64,000 bases of DNA from Macrostomum lignano (lineage: Eukaryota). Location of the stretch: assembly GCA_002269645.1 (NCBI GenBank), contig NIVC01001913.1, forward strand, positions 1 through 64,000, in the 5' to 3' direction. The translations under genes were made by a program, and so were the position numbers. Shown here piece after piece: positions 42,301 to 53,984 of this stretch; position 1 is the first letter of the stretch, and the number at the start of each line of letters is the position of its first letter. The notes beneath the pieces were generated by a model that worked only from the letters and a program-made list of their open reading frames with translations, made no database searches and was not told the DNA's origin.

Positions 42301-42999
42301 CTACATTAATTATATTTATAAGTCCATCGATATTGCTACTAATAATACTGTTATTATTATTAGAAAACGCACACTCTGAGAGGGAGTTGATTTGTATATT
42401 TTATAATATCATTTGAGGCGAATTAATTTATATACCAAAAAAAGAAAGAGAAAATTTAATGAATAAAAAACATATGAAGACTCAGGGGTTGAATTCTAGC
42501 TGGTTATCATCTCTTTGATAAATTTTGCTAGAATTCCCATTATGTTCTCTAATCTTCTTGAATTATTAGGTTAAATACTTTATCCACTGTAGACAGCTTT
42601 TTTATTCTCAATTAATCCGAGATTTGCTGGTCAAATTTAGCACAGAGAGCACTCTAAGAGTTCCAGCTGCACTTGAACAGGAATTGAACTTCACTTTCTA
42701 CCCCAACATGGCACTTTGGACAGGTCCCATCAGTCTCGCAGTCCTCATCGTTTAGCAGGCTGGTTTATGGCTTTGATAATCTAAGCTGTGATGGGGTGCG
42801 CTTCAATTCTGTATTGGAAATTTCTGGGTAATGGTGAATAGCTCGTAGATATAATAATATACCTTTCTAATAATTTTACAAACATAGAATTTTTTAACTA
42901 GAATAATGAAGCTTGATGAAGTTTGACTTGTCTATACTTTTGCTGAAATCATGTACAAACTGAGCAGAATGTCGACACCGTCGGCAGGAGGCTGCCGGT

Positions 43000-43405
43000 T
43001 TTCAGTATTTTCAGCACTGAATTCCCAATAAGTCACTGTCCGAACTGTCCGAAAGTCAGTGTTTTGTCCGAGCTGCGCTCACAAGTTGGTGGAGAAAAGT
43101 TTAAAAAGCATTTTTGCTGTGTTTCTAAAATGATTCCGCAAAGATTTGCAGTTCTGCGCAGCGCTGACTGGGGTTTGGCCATAGACAAATCCGTCCAGAA
43201 AAAAACACTGCAGAGACAGGAGCAGCTGCAATCTCGCCGCAACTTTGCTTGCTTGCCGGTCTCCGGCAGCAGTTCATGAAAAAGCAGCTTGATAAACTTG
43301 TGAGCGCAGCTCGGACAAAACACCTGCTGGCTGCATCTGCAATTCGGAAGTCCAGCAGGTAAGAAATTGGGAATTCAGTGCTGAAGAACTGGAAACTTCC
43401 CACCT
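43000..43405. mobile_element. Foldback/MITE-like element with long imperfect inverted repeats
   Basis: A perfect 29-bp inverted repeat at 43059-43087/43295-43323 and a perfect 20-bp inverted repeat at 43010-43029/43366-43385. Confidence 0.7.
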
Positions 43406-44760
43406 CGCCAGTGCAGTTCGCAGCGAAATCTGCACGGTTTGCGAGCGCAGCGGCCCTCTGCTTCAGCTGTCCATGACTGAAATAGAGTCATGAATAAAAG
43501 TTCACGACTGTAGCTGCTACCCAGATGCGGCACTTGAATTGCCCAGTCGAAGGCAATAAAACTTATAGGCAATATATACAATAACATTTTACAGTAGATG
43601 AGCAGTGCTGGCTGAGTAGACAAAAAGAATAAAATTGACGGAAACTGGGATGGGAGGATGAAGAAAGAATTTAGCTACTCCCTAGAGCAGAGCAGTGAGC
43701 GCTCCTCATCTAATAAGCATAACTCCCGCGCTCTCAGTGACAACATTCATTCGCGCAGTCGTTTGCCAATACCCGGCTATCTGTGTCTCCATGGTTTGCG
43801 CGCGATAATATAACAACGGGCTTTCTCATCAACTGGATTGGCATCTCGCGTCAGATAAAGCTAGGGTTCACCGCAGTCTGCGAGTACCTTCTCCATGCTC
43901 CCGCCAACCCTGTGCAAAGCTGTCGGCTGCACATGGCAACTACTGGGGATGGAGACTACAAAATAGCATCGATTGCTTCCAAAGAGCTGCACTATTGGGT
44001 GCAGCCATGCGGTAAACAGCAGTCAGCCTATGGGTGGATATGAAAGGCATTTTAATCGACAAAATTTTCTGCTAATTTGAGAACACTGCTTTGAAATGCT
44101 GGCGGATATCAGCAAACTTTCATCGCTAGAAGATTGTCTATATTCGAGACCACCCAAACGGAGAGCAAAGCTTATTTAATTAAAATTTATTAAATGCAAA
44201 CAGTGCGTCTGTGTGGCTCACCTCTAGACAGATCGCACCGGCGGTAGCGCAAATCTCGCGGAGTCAGCACAGTAACTTGGTGGTGAGAGCGGCTTCTGAA
44301 AGCAATTGCGACTCTCTCTCAAAAGGCTTTGTCTCCGAAGAGCCAGCTGGGAAGAGAAGCGCGGAAAGGAACTGGTGGGATGAGAAGAAGGCGAGCGGCC
44401 GGCCCGACGGGAGTGGAGGCAGGCGCGGATAGGCCGAAGGTGTCGCGTGGAACAGCCAATTGCAAAGCTGAATACTTCAATGCTTGCAGAGGACAGTGTG
44501 AGAACGAAGGGAGTGGATGGGATGAAGCACAAACGGCTGGGGTCGCGTATGGCAACTCAGAGAACTCGCGTCTTCTTTAGGGGGGGGGGGGTGAATAACT
44601 CGCATGGCAAGGATCAAGGATCTTAAAATAACCAACACCCGGACTGGAACCTGATCTAGCAGTTTCACGCAACCATATTGAAAATTGCAGATAAAGCACG
44701 TAAAGATATATATGACTAAAATGAGCTGGAGCTGGAGACCGTTGACTGCTCAGTCTTGAG

Positions 44761-45030
44761 CACAGTACGCAGGCACGAACTCATACGCAAGCTCACAGGG
44801 TTGTACATATGGATAGCTATTAAAGTAGAAGGACGCTGCGCTCGGCTTTCTTCGAAATCGAGCTGGAGACCAAATGGGATTTTCTCGACCGGATTTGTTG
44901 ATGGTGAAACCACATCCAGAGCTTGTGTGTCACCACAGAATACGCGACAGCGCCCTTCAGTTTGTTGTCCATGTTCCATATGTACACCCTGTGAGCTTGC
45001 GTGCGAGTTCGTGCCTGCATGCGTACTGTA
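44761..45030. mobile_element. Foldback element with ~50-bp imperfect terminal inverted repeats
   Basis: CAGGCACGAACTC.TACGCAAGCTCACAGGGT.GTACATATGGA at 44770-44813 pairs with TCCATATGTACACCCTGTGAGCTTGCGTGCGAGTTCGTGCCTG at 44975-45017. Confidence 0.65.
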
Positions 45031-46425
45031 CTACATCATGAGCACATGCAGCATCTGCTCATGGCTTACGTCTAGTTTAGCATCGAGGGGAAGGCTGCAC
45101 TTAGCCGGAAACTTATTGGAAATTTTCCAGTAATGTAAAAAAGTACATGATCTAGTATAAAGTTTCAGCAGCGAGAATTGACATGTAAGCTAAATTTGAG
45201 AACAGAATAAATTTGAAGATCAGCCTTGGAACCCTGTTCCCAGTCCAGATATATTTTAGCTGCCAGGAGTCCTTGGCCGGGAGTCCACATTCCCATCCCG
45301 TCCCAGGAGTCCTTCAAAACAGGAAGGCTGAGATGAAATTTTATTAGCCCAGTTCAAACGACTTCGGAACAGATGGCGAACACAAATGAGAAGATTAACA
45401 GGACTGAATGGGGAGGAGGCGGCAGTGGCTGAATGGCAATTCAATTCTGGGGAGGTCAGAGCGCATGATCTCAGGGCCGGGCTTTCGTGCCGGATTTAAT
45501 CGAAAAAAAGAAAAACTTCATTTGCCACAGATGGACGGCGAGGGCCTCAGGTGTGACAATCAGAATTTGGAAGCGCCAGATTTCCCGCGAGCGTTCAAAC
45601 AAAAAACAGAGTTTTTCTGAAACTCTTGGACAAAAAAGATTAGAAAACCAAATTGCATTTCAGAATTCAACTCTGAAAGACCGAGTGGGAACTCAGATGC
45701 AGGATATTAAATTCTTTCCCCGACCCCACTCTTCCCAATTCATTAAAATTCGAGGAGTTGAGAACGAAGCAAGGCCACAGAAGACTAAAGTCGTGAAATT
45801 TCCTAGTGTGTTCGTCAGAAGACAGAAGAAATAGTGTACAGCGGCCCTGACTGTCTAATCTTCAGGCATGTACCTTGGAGGCTGGCCCTCATGGGTGGGA
45901 ATCTCACGACATCCCTCCAGCCAAGAAGTTTTGTAAAATGAAAGCTAAGAAAGACAAATCCTTGCAAAATCCACTTAAAAATTGCAATAGCAAATTTAAA
46001 AACTTGAAGACCTGGATATTGCGAAATTTGGACCAATACAAAGTGCCAAACTCAGAGCCCACAGCATGGCCTGGTGTGAGCTCGTCAATTCGCAATATCC
46101 GAATTTATTTAGACTTAGTGATTTTTATCCAAAATCAAATTACAAGAAAATCAACTACAACATGCTCATTGCTCAGTAACTCTACAATTATTCTATTTCA
46201 CACTAATTGCTACAATTGCTACGCGACCAACAGTTCTGAGAGAGTTCGACAAATAAGCATCGAAAAATATATGCTAGCAGAAAATCGCACTACTATTAGT
46301 AGAAACGCAAGAGAGCAAAATGAAAAATACTTCAAGTAAGTGCGACAGCTAATTAGTGCAGACATAGGATGGGGAGACAAATGGGTCGCCAGGGGTTGCA
46401 GGATTTTGCAGTTTTTTTGCAAATT

Positions 46426-46582
46426 TTAGCGGGACTTGCACGTTTCGTGGTCTTTAGCGGGACTTGCACGTTTCGTGATGTTTAGCGGGACTTGCACTTT
46501 TCGTGGTCTTTAGCGGGACTTGCACTTTTTGTGATGTTTAGCGGGACTTGCACTTTTCGTGATCTTTAGCGGGACTTGCACT
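46426..46582. repeat. 28-bp minisatellite (TTAGCGGGACTTGCACGTTTCGTGGTCT)
   Basis: About 5.5 units. Confidence 0.88.
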
Positions 46583-46835
46583 TTTTGTGTGAATTTTAAT
46601 TGGACTTGTGGTGACTAAATTTTATCGGTGTTGCAGATATCAATCTTTGGCAAATTACACACACATAATTCTACTGTAAACCAGATCCTGTACTTCGAGA
46701 CAAGACGACACTGTTTCGTCAAATTATCCCATGGCTGAAGCGGTGAATGGAATAAGCTTTGAGCACGAGCTGATATCAAGATTGGCCAGCACTAGAAAGC
46801 AGACTTGCTAATACACATAGCAAATTTGTATCAAT

Positions 46836-47155
46836 TCACCGCTTCTTAGCATGGATTCGCCGCTCCAGCTCTCTCAGCTGAGCAGCGTTGGTCTCAGCTA
46901 TCATCGTGAGCTCATGCACCGAATTCACCAAGTCTTCCACCCTCTGTTTTGCCAGCTCCTCCTTGGCGCTGTCTCTGCGCGACTGTCGCTGATATTCAGC
47001 AATAATGGTGGCCGCGGCGATCAGGTAGATGACAGCCTCGCCAAGAATGGTGGCCCCGGTGTCCACAGCCTGTTCCGGGTTGAGCTTAGTAACAGCCTTT
47101 GGTTTGCCAAGACCCAGTGCCTGCATCTTGAGCCGGGTGTCGTACCAGTGGTGCA
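46836..47155 (-). CDS. OPA3: OPA3-like mitochondrial protein, exon 2
   Basis: Acceptor catcctcag|TG (phase 1). Reads LHHWYDTRLKMQALGLGKPKAVTKLNPEQAVDTGATILGEAVIYLIAAATIIAEYQRQSRRDSAKEE followed by a coiled coil and stop. Confidence 0.9.
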
Positions 47156-48318
47156 CTGAGGATGCAAAAGTTAAAATTGGAATGCTTGTAGATATTCAGA
47201 TATGAAATTTCTAGTTTGTCAAAAATCAAACCCCATGTAGAAAGCCAGTTGTTGAAGAACAAGAATTAAGACATGTGTACATTAAATACATTAAATAAAT
47301 AAGAAAATTAATATACTATTAAATGATATTTTAAATATTTAACAATATATATACTTTTAAGAAGTTTAAGCTTCATATAACTTTTTTTTGAAAAAAACCA
47401 ATAAAGAAAATGCCTCCAATAAAGTAAAAAGTGGCTTAATTTTTTTAGCATATATATCTTTTTAGTATGTTTGTGCAAGTATACCAAGATTCTAGGATTT
47501 TATTCCTTAGTATAGATCAAAAGAAAAGGGCAAACAACAATAAAACTATCATTGTTTGCCCCTTTTCCAAAATTTGCCAAAATTTGCTTGGTCTCTTTGC
47601 AATCTTTGCCCAAGGAAAGATAGCTATCCCCCCTTTAGCTATGGTTGTTAAGCTATGACATTGACAGTTCCTTTGTTTCCTTAGTTCTTTGGTTGATATT
47701 CACTGTTAATATTTACTGTGTATTTTATTTTGGTTATTTCAATATTTTGGTAATTTGTGTATTTAATATGTATTAGGTTGTATTTTTATGTATACTGATA
47801 ATGGTTAGCAATACTTTGTTTTATTGGGTTGGCAATACCTTATTTAACATTTTTAATTATATGGCTTTGGAGGGACAGTTCTTGGGAGCTTGGCTATTAG
47901 TCTTACTGCAAACAAGTTCATTATTACATGCATTATTAATGAATGTTATTTGCTAGATCTAGAATTGCACCTAATCTAAGTATTATCCTATAAGATCATA
48001 ATCTCCAAAGCCATCCCAACCTGATTTGTTACTTTGTTGGCTTATTAGTTACATGTGATTATTATACTACTACCATCCATTTGAGAAAAAATATAAGTCA
48101 TAAGATCAAATATTGGACAGTGGCCCAGTTTGTCATTGATCATAATCAAGGTTCTATGTGTTCATCACTAATTATTATGTGTTTTTATGTGTTCTTTTTA
48201 CTCTCGAATATTCATCACAATCACTAATAATCACTAGGCCTAATTAGATTTCTATTAACAGGCATACTGCATATATTGCTTAGTCAAATTCAAAGCAGAT
48301 TTTAAAGGTCATACTTAC

Positions 48319-48457
48319 ACTGTGCAGGTGGTATACAAATGTAATTCCGAAAGAATGAGCTCGATTTTGCTCGTTCCTTCAAGAAATTGGCTATTGGTTT
48401 TCCAAGCTGTCGAACAGCAAGGTACAGAAGTTTAGCAACAGGAAATTCCGCAACCAT
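48319..48457 (-). CDS. OPA3: OPA3-like mitochondrial protein, exon 1
   Basis: [46 protein letters not shown] matches the OPA3 N-terminus. Donor CAGT|GTAAGT (phase 1). The spliced CDS is 152 aa. Confidence 0.9.
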
Positions 48458-49465
48458 TATTTTTTTGAAATGCCAAAACCCATTCAAGAAATGCTAATTG
48501 CTATTGCTAAAAGTAAGGTAAAAACAGAGATTTTATTTGAAACAATTTTTTAGCAAACGGCGAGAGTAGATATATATTATATTTTGGCTTCAAATAGCAA
48601 AGTACTTAAATTCATGCGCGGCAATGCCTAACGGCTAACTACTTATTCATCTGACATTCAATTCAATTCATTCAACAAGTCGCATTTTTACGTCAGTTTC
48701 CACGAAAAATATAATGTTAAATTTAGGTGGTCATCTTAACAAAAATTAGGCCATCATTTTCAGACAACAAAAAGCTTAAGATAACACAGTTAAAGCAGAG
48801 ATAGCTGAGAAACTAGATGACGATTATAATGTAGTTATATCAGAGTCAGTATGTATCCGCGAGGCAGATGTGATGGCCCTAACCGGCCAAGGATTCTTCC
48901 AGAGACATCTCGTTGCAAAACGGTTCCCACCTGTCCTTTCTGTAGCTAGAAGATGAGACCGCGGAGCATCACATCACCTTCTGTCCTACATGTACTTCTC
49001 AAAAGGAAGGCGCGGCACAAACACCTCGATCACCCCCAGCGGATGGACGAGCTGTCCACCCGGACCTCCTCTGTGAACCTGCCGACTACTGGCGGGGGCT
49101 AGGCGCACAAGCCTTGTATGAATTATTTTACCTTGGGGTTGCGATAGGGGCCTCGCTGGTCACCGCGGTCTAATCACGGCGCTTGCGCCCCCGCCATACC
49201 GGTAGTTAATCATTTTTATAACGAAATCGAAAATAATGCATACTACTATATACATGCACATGTAAAGCTAAAGTTTTTATAAGTTTTATATGCATTAATT
49301 AAATCGAGAACATGTAGACTGGCCCAAGCACACGTGTATTCATCTTTGTTGATTCGAATCCATACACTGAATTTGTACGAGTATTTGAGGAACTTCACGT
49401 TGCTGAACCAATCAGATCCCGTTGGTCCGTTCGATGTTTGTCTATTGCTCTGCATGCGACATGGG

Positions 49466-49473
49466 TATAAATA
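49466..49473 (+). promoter_or_regulatory. Candidate TATA box (TATAAATA) of the neuropeptide precursor gene
   Basis: Canonical TATAAATA about 135 bp upstream of the ATG at 49602. Confidence 0.45.
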
Positions 49474-49601
49474 CCTCCTAGCACCCAGCAGTACAGAAGT
49501 TGCGCCAAGAAACTATAGTTGCACTCGACTAACCTGCACTCGAAAAGATTTTTTAGTCTCTAGGATCGATAATTCTCTACTAGCCAGCATCCAGCAGCAC
49601 A

Positions 49602-50001
49602 ATGCGATTTGCAATCATCAACGTGTCCATGGCTTTGCTAGCTATGACGCTGCTGCTCAGCACCAGCTGCTCCACAATGCGCATCTCTGAGCCATCCGAG
49701 CTGCTGCGATCTTTGTCGACCCGTCCGCGCCCTGCGTCGTTCCTGCTGGCTGGCGATCCGGCCGGATTCTTCGGCAACGCCTACAGCTGGAGTCCCAACT
49801 ACGTTCAGCGGCGCTCGGACAATAAGAACAAAATGTACAAAGCTCTGCTGGCCTCGCTGAAGCCCAACACGTACAACCCAAGCGATTTCAGGTGAGAATT
49901 TTATTGCTTAAATTCAATCATTTTCTAGTGTCGCTAAATCTATATATAGACACTCAATTCCAACCAAACACAATTTTAAACATTTCAGAGTTGGCCGCTG
50001 A
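49602..50001 (+). CDS. Small secreted amidated neuropeptide precursor (exons 49602-49891 and 49989-50001; 100 aa)
   Basis: Hydrophobic signal peptide (MRFAIINVSMALLAMTLLLSTSCST), dibasic RR, then SDNKNKMYKALLASLKPNTYNPSDFR|VGR*. The 97-nt intron TTCAG|GTGAG...catttcag|A supplies the G-R amidation/cleavage signal. Confidence 0.7.
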
Positions 50002-50152
50002 GCAAAAGGCCGAAAAAGACCAATTGACTCGCTGGACAGCTGGAATGACATTAAAACTGTAACAAGAAACAAGCGGCTAATGAGCATACGAGCTAGAACT
50101 AGATTGTGATTATTAACGCAGGCAAATTTGTACGAACATTAACCTATATAAA

Positions 50153-50158
50153 AATAAA
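50153..50158 (+). terminator. Candidate polyadenylation signal AATAAA for the neuropeptide gene
   Basis: AATAAA about 150 bp after the stop codon. Confidence 0.4.
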
Positions 50159-50324
50159 GATCATTTAAATCTATCGATTTAAACTACTATACACAAATAA
50201 ACTGCTGGAAGTTGTGTTTTATAAATTTATTGATCTGCAATGCGATGCATAAAAGCATCCGGCCCTCGGGTCATTTAAAACTTCACAATAGAAATCCGGC
50301 CCGCTTAAGATTTGTTTCTCTTCT

Positions 50325-50348
50325 CAGCTCTCTTCTCTCTCTTCTCGC

Positions 50349-50435
<87 letters not shown>

Positions 50436-50830
50436 CTCTCTCTCTCTCCCTCTTTCACTACCTCTCTCACTACCCCTCTCTCTCTCTCCAGCTCCCCTCT
50501 CATCTTTTTTCATCTCTCATTTCATCTCTGATCCTCTTACAGCCCTGACGAAGAATTTACCTAATTCGAAATATCGGCAATTCAACTAAATTGACCTTCT
50601 TCAGTCCTTTCTACCGTGTCGGTGCCTGGGATTGGAGGTGCCCTCCTCTCTCTCTCCCTCTCTCGCTCTCTCTCTCTCTCTCTTTCTCTTTCTACCTCTC
50701 TCTCTCTACCTCTCTTTCCAGCTCCCCTCTCATCTTCTTTCCTCTAACCTCTCCTTTCAACTCTCATTTCATCTCTGATCTTCTCTTTCCTCTTCTCTCT
50801 CCTCTATTCCCTCTTTTCTCTCTCCTCTAT
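50325..50830. repeat. (CT)n-rich tracts with a local ~60-bp duplication
   Basis: Read directly; CCAGCTCCCCTCTCATCTT...TCTCATTTCATCTCTGATC occurs twice. Confidence 0.85.
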
Positions 50831-51090
50831 TCCCCCCTATCCGAAGGAATAGAGGAGAGAGGAGAGAGATTCTGAACGATGTTTATGGTCGAAAGGCTTG
50901 ATTTTTAGCAGACTGCCAGTTCGCAGTTTCATGAGCGTAGCAGCTCTTCTAAAAGGACGCAAACTGTAACTGTTAAAGTTTAACATCCACGAGAGGCGGC
51001 TATAAGAATGCAGATTCCACTCTTCGACGCGCTTCGAGTAGCTGATCTCTCGGTCGATAATCGTCAGCCGGGAGAGTTCAAAGATCGCGT

Positions 51091-51290
51091 GACTTCAAGC
51101 AGCGCTTCCGAATGAATCCAGAAACGTTCAATCTCGTTGATTCATTGAACTTCCCTCTCGTAAACGGCCCAGGTAATCAAATTTTACTATTGCAACGCTT
51201 CATGGCCGCCGGGCAGAGTCAGCGACGCTAGAATTCTGAGAAACAGCAGTCTTTCAAAGACAATTCGAAGTCACGAAAAGCCGCTTCACT
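51091..51290 (+). pseudogene. Decayed PIF/Harbinger transposase N-terminal fragment
   Basis: From 51091: DFKQRFRMNPETFNLVDSLNFPLVNGPGNQILLLQRFMAAGQSQRR*. This matches the Harbinger pattern F..xFRM...TF..L ... QLLLALRF.ATGS.QR. In-frame stop at 51229-51231. Confidence 0.6.
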
Positions 51291-52285
51291 GGCCCTATGT
51301 CAAGGAGCTCTGGATATTTGAGCCCTCTCATCTATGTTTGTCTATGTCATAACCCTACTGCTAGTTAGCAGTGCTTCATGAAATTGTTCCCTAGGGTAAA
51401 AAAATTCGTCGAACCTCTGCTTCAAAGGATCGTCGGGGTATTAAGCTGGTTCGAGCTTATAAAATTTCGAGTTTTCGAATCGGATCGATCTATAAGATTA
51501 GATTATAGATTAGGAATCCTCCAGTCAGTGCTTAATAAATAATTCAGAGTTTGTTAACTTTAACTAGCTGCCGAACCCCCAAAGGAGGATTGCAAGATAA
51601 AAAATGCATTGGGAAATATTTCAGATGTTCCAATGGCACATCTGCAAAACAATCTTGGAATCAAAATAGATTATAAAGCTAAGCTTAAATCGTATAATCA
51701 AATTAGCAAGAGCAATAAATAGGTGATTAAGAAATGAGCTGAGCCAACTCTCGTTAAGCAGCTATTATCTAGAATTGATGTCTTTTCAGCGATAATAAAT
51801 TGTTGTTTTTTTCATGACTATACAGCCTCTTAGGTAAGCACGAAGTCCCTGATTCACTTGAGAATAGATTTACATGTACAGAGGGCTTCCCGCTGAAGGA
51901 CAACTCTGTTTGTCACACACGGCTCCTATTGAAGGATAGCCAACCTGTTATCCGAAAAAGCAGCCGTAAATGGTGTCTATAAATAGCAGAAATTAATTGC
52001 TAGCAACGAACTCGTAGCTAAAAGCAGCCACCTAAATGAAGAAATGTTGCTGCACTCGGTAGAGCTATACAGATACTTGGTCTGTTAGCTTTGCCTGTTC
52101 TTCAGTCCTTAGTTCCTTATAGTTTCCCTGGTTCCCCAGTTTCTTACTTTCCTTAGTTTCCCCAAGTCTCTTAGTTCCCCTGGTTCCTATAGTTTTTTTA
52201 GTTTATTAGCTTTCTTAGTTCCTTAGTTTCCTTGGCTCCTTAGTTTCTTAATTTCCTACTTTCTTACTAGTTTGTTAGCATCTTT

Positions 52286-53285
52286 GTTGTTGTTAAACGG
52301 GGGTGGAAAGCCAGGGGCTTACCGCGGATCAGCCCGAAAGGGGGCTCTACCGCAGGGATCTGACTGTGGGCCATACTGCCAGGGGCATGTTAGCCCGAGA
52401 GGCCACGATTGGGACCAGAGCTCAGGACTCTGGTGAGAACCTAGTGAATTGGTGCTACTAGCCCAAACCTACGGTATAAGACACCGCCAACCCAAAAAGT
52501 GGAATCAGGGACGGTGCTAGGACCGAGTTCACCCAGGCCACCACCCAGCAGACAAGTCCTCGGGAGTGCGCAGAAAAAATTGGAATTAGAGAAAAAAGCT
52601 TGGGTTACTACTGAAAGCGGTCCGAGAGCGGGGAAATCCCGAAGTCTACGGAAAATGGCTTAATTATTGGAGCGAGTCTGGAAGGCTTGTTTCCGAGGGC
52701 GAGACTCCAGGCAGGAAGACCGTCTACCGGCTACAAACCCAAGGGTATCGCCTATCCAGCTCAATAATGGAGGCCAGGCCAAGGGGTCGGGAAGGGGCAC
52801 GAGGAGCAAGAGGACCCGGACTCAGCCGGTATCCCCGATTCGGGACGAACATTCAACCCAGGACACCAATCCACTGTCAGGATGAGAGCCAGAGACACTT
52901 AGGCAGGGAGACAACCAGAGGAGCCAGCAGATGGACCAAGGACAGCGCAGGATGGACCGGGCAGGGAGGGCAGAGCTCATAACTCCGGAATATTGGAGCG
53001 GCAGTCAAAGGCCTTACATTAAGATAAAACAGATAAAACTGGGGATAAAAACAGGACGGAGGAGCACCTGAACCCTACTAGCAGGCTACTTACTACCTGC
53101 TTCCCGGGGCACAGCCTCAGGGCTGGCGTCAACTAGGCTCTACCGTACACCTTCGTGAATGGTCATTCTTTCCTGCAGGGCGGGTACGACCGGGGGGCTC
53201 AAGTCCCGTTCTAGCCACACTGCAGTCCAGAGTACGCACTCACTCCAGGTACACCCCCCTAAACCAAGGCCGAGGGCCGAAATAA
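52286..53285. mobile_element. ~1-kb GC-rich insert with long flanking direct repeats; candidate truncated non-LTR (RTE-like) retroelement
   Basis: A 48-bp exact direct repeat at 52238-52285/53394-53441 sits within ~150-bp similar flanks. There is (GTT)3 at the left junction. No intact ORF. Confidence 0.45.
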
Positions 53286-53984
53286 GTCTCTTAGCTCCTC
53301 AGTTTCTTACTTTCCTTAGTTTCCCAAGTCTCTTCCTCAGTTTCTTACTTTCCTTAGTTTCCCAGGTTTCTTAGTCCCTTAGTTCCCCTGGTTCCTTAGT
53401 TTCTTAATTTCCTACTTTCTTACTAGTTTGTTAGCATCTTTACGAGGTAGTTCCTTTGTTTCTTATTTCCCTTTGTTCCTTAGTATCCTTATTTTTCTTA
53501 GTTCCATAGTTCCTATAGTTTGCTGCCTCTGTGGCGCTCTGGTCAGATGAAGCTGCTCCGAGCCTCAGCCCGCGAAACCGAAGATCGCTGCGTGCGCAGC
53601 TGGAATTAAATGGCCGGATTGAGGGCGGGACGAGTCCATGGAGTCAAGAAACGCCTTCTCAGTAAACGCTCGATCTGACTTTCTTCAGCTGGTCTAGAGA
53701 GCCAGAAAAGTCAGCAGTCAGATCAGAGGACATGAGTAAGCCATGATCGGGTCGATCTTGGCCTAGTTGGAGGCAAGGAGCTTACAGTAAGCGGGGAGCA
53801 GCTGGAGTGTCGGTGGTGCTCTGGCAACGTTCAGTTGGCGGTTTTAAAAATATAAATCATTGCCGGAGGCGTGCGGACATCTTGGCGCAACGCCTTCTGC
53901 GACATCTTCCTGCAACCATGCAGCGCCGAGTCAGTTCTGCCCATTCTCCGCTGACTCCTAAGCACATGGTACAAGCGCGCCAAT

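Noticed and set aside
48864-48875. CCCTAACC as a possible telomerase RNA template at the start of the structured island
   Set aside because: An 8-mer is expected about twice by chance in 64 kb on both strands. It is flanked by self-pairing GGCC, and I could not find an H/ACA box or pseudoknot.
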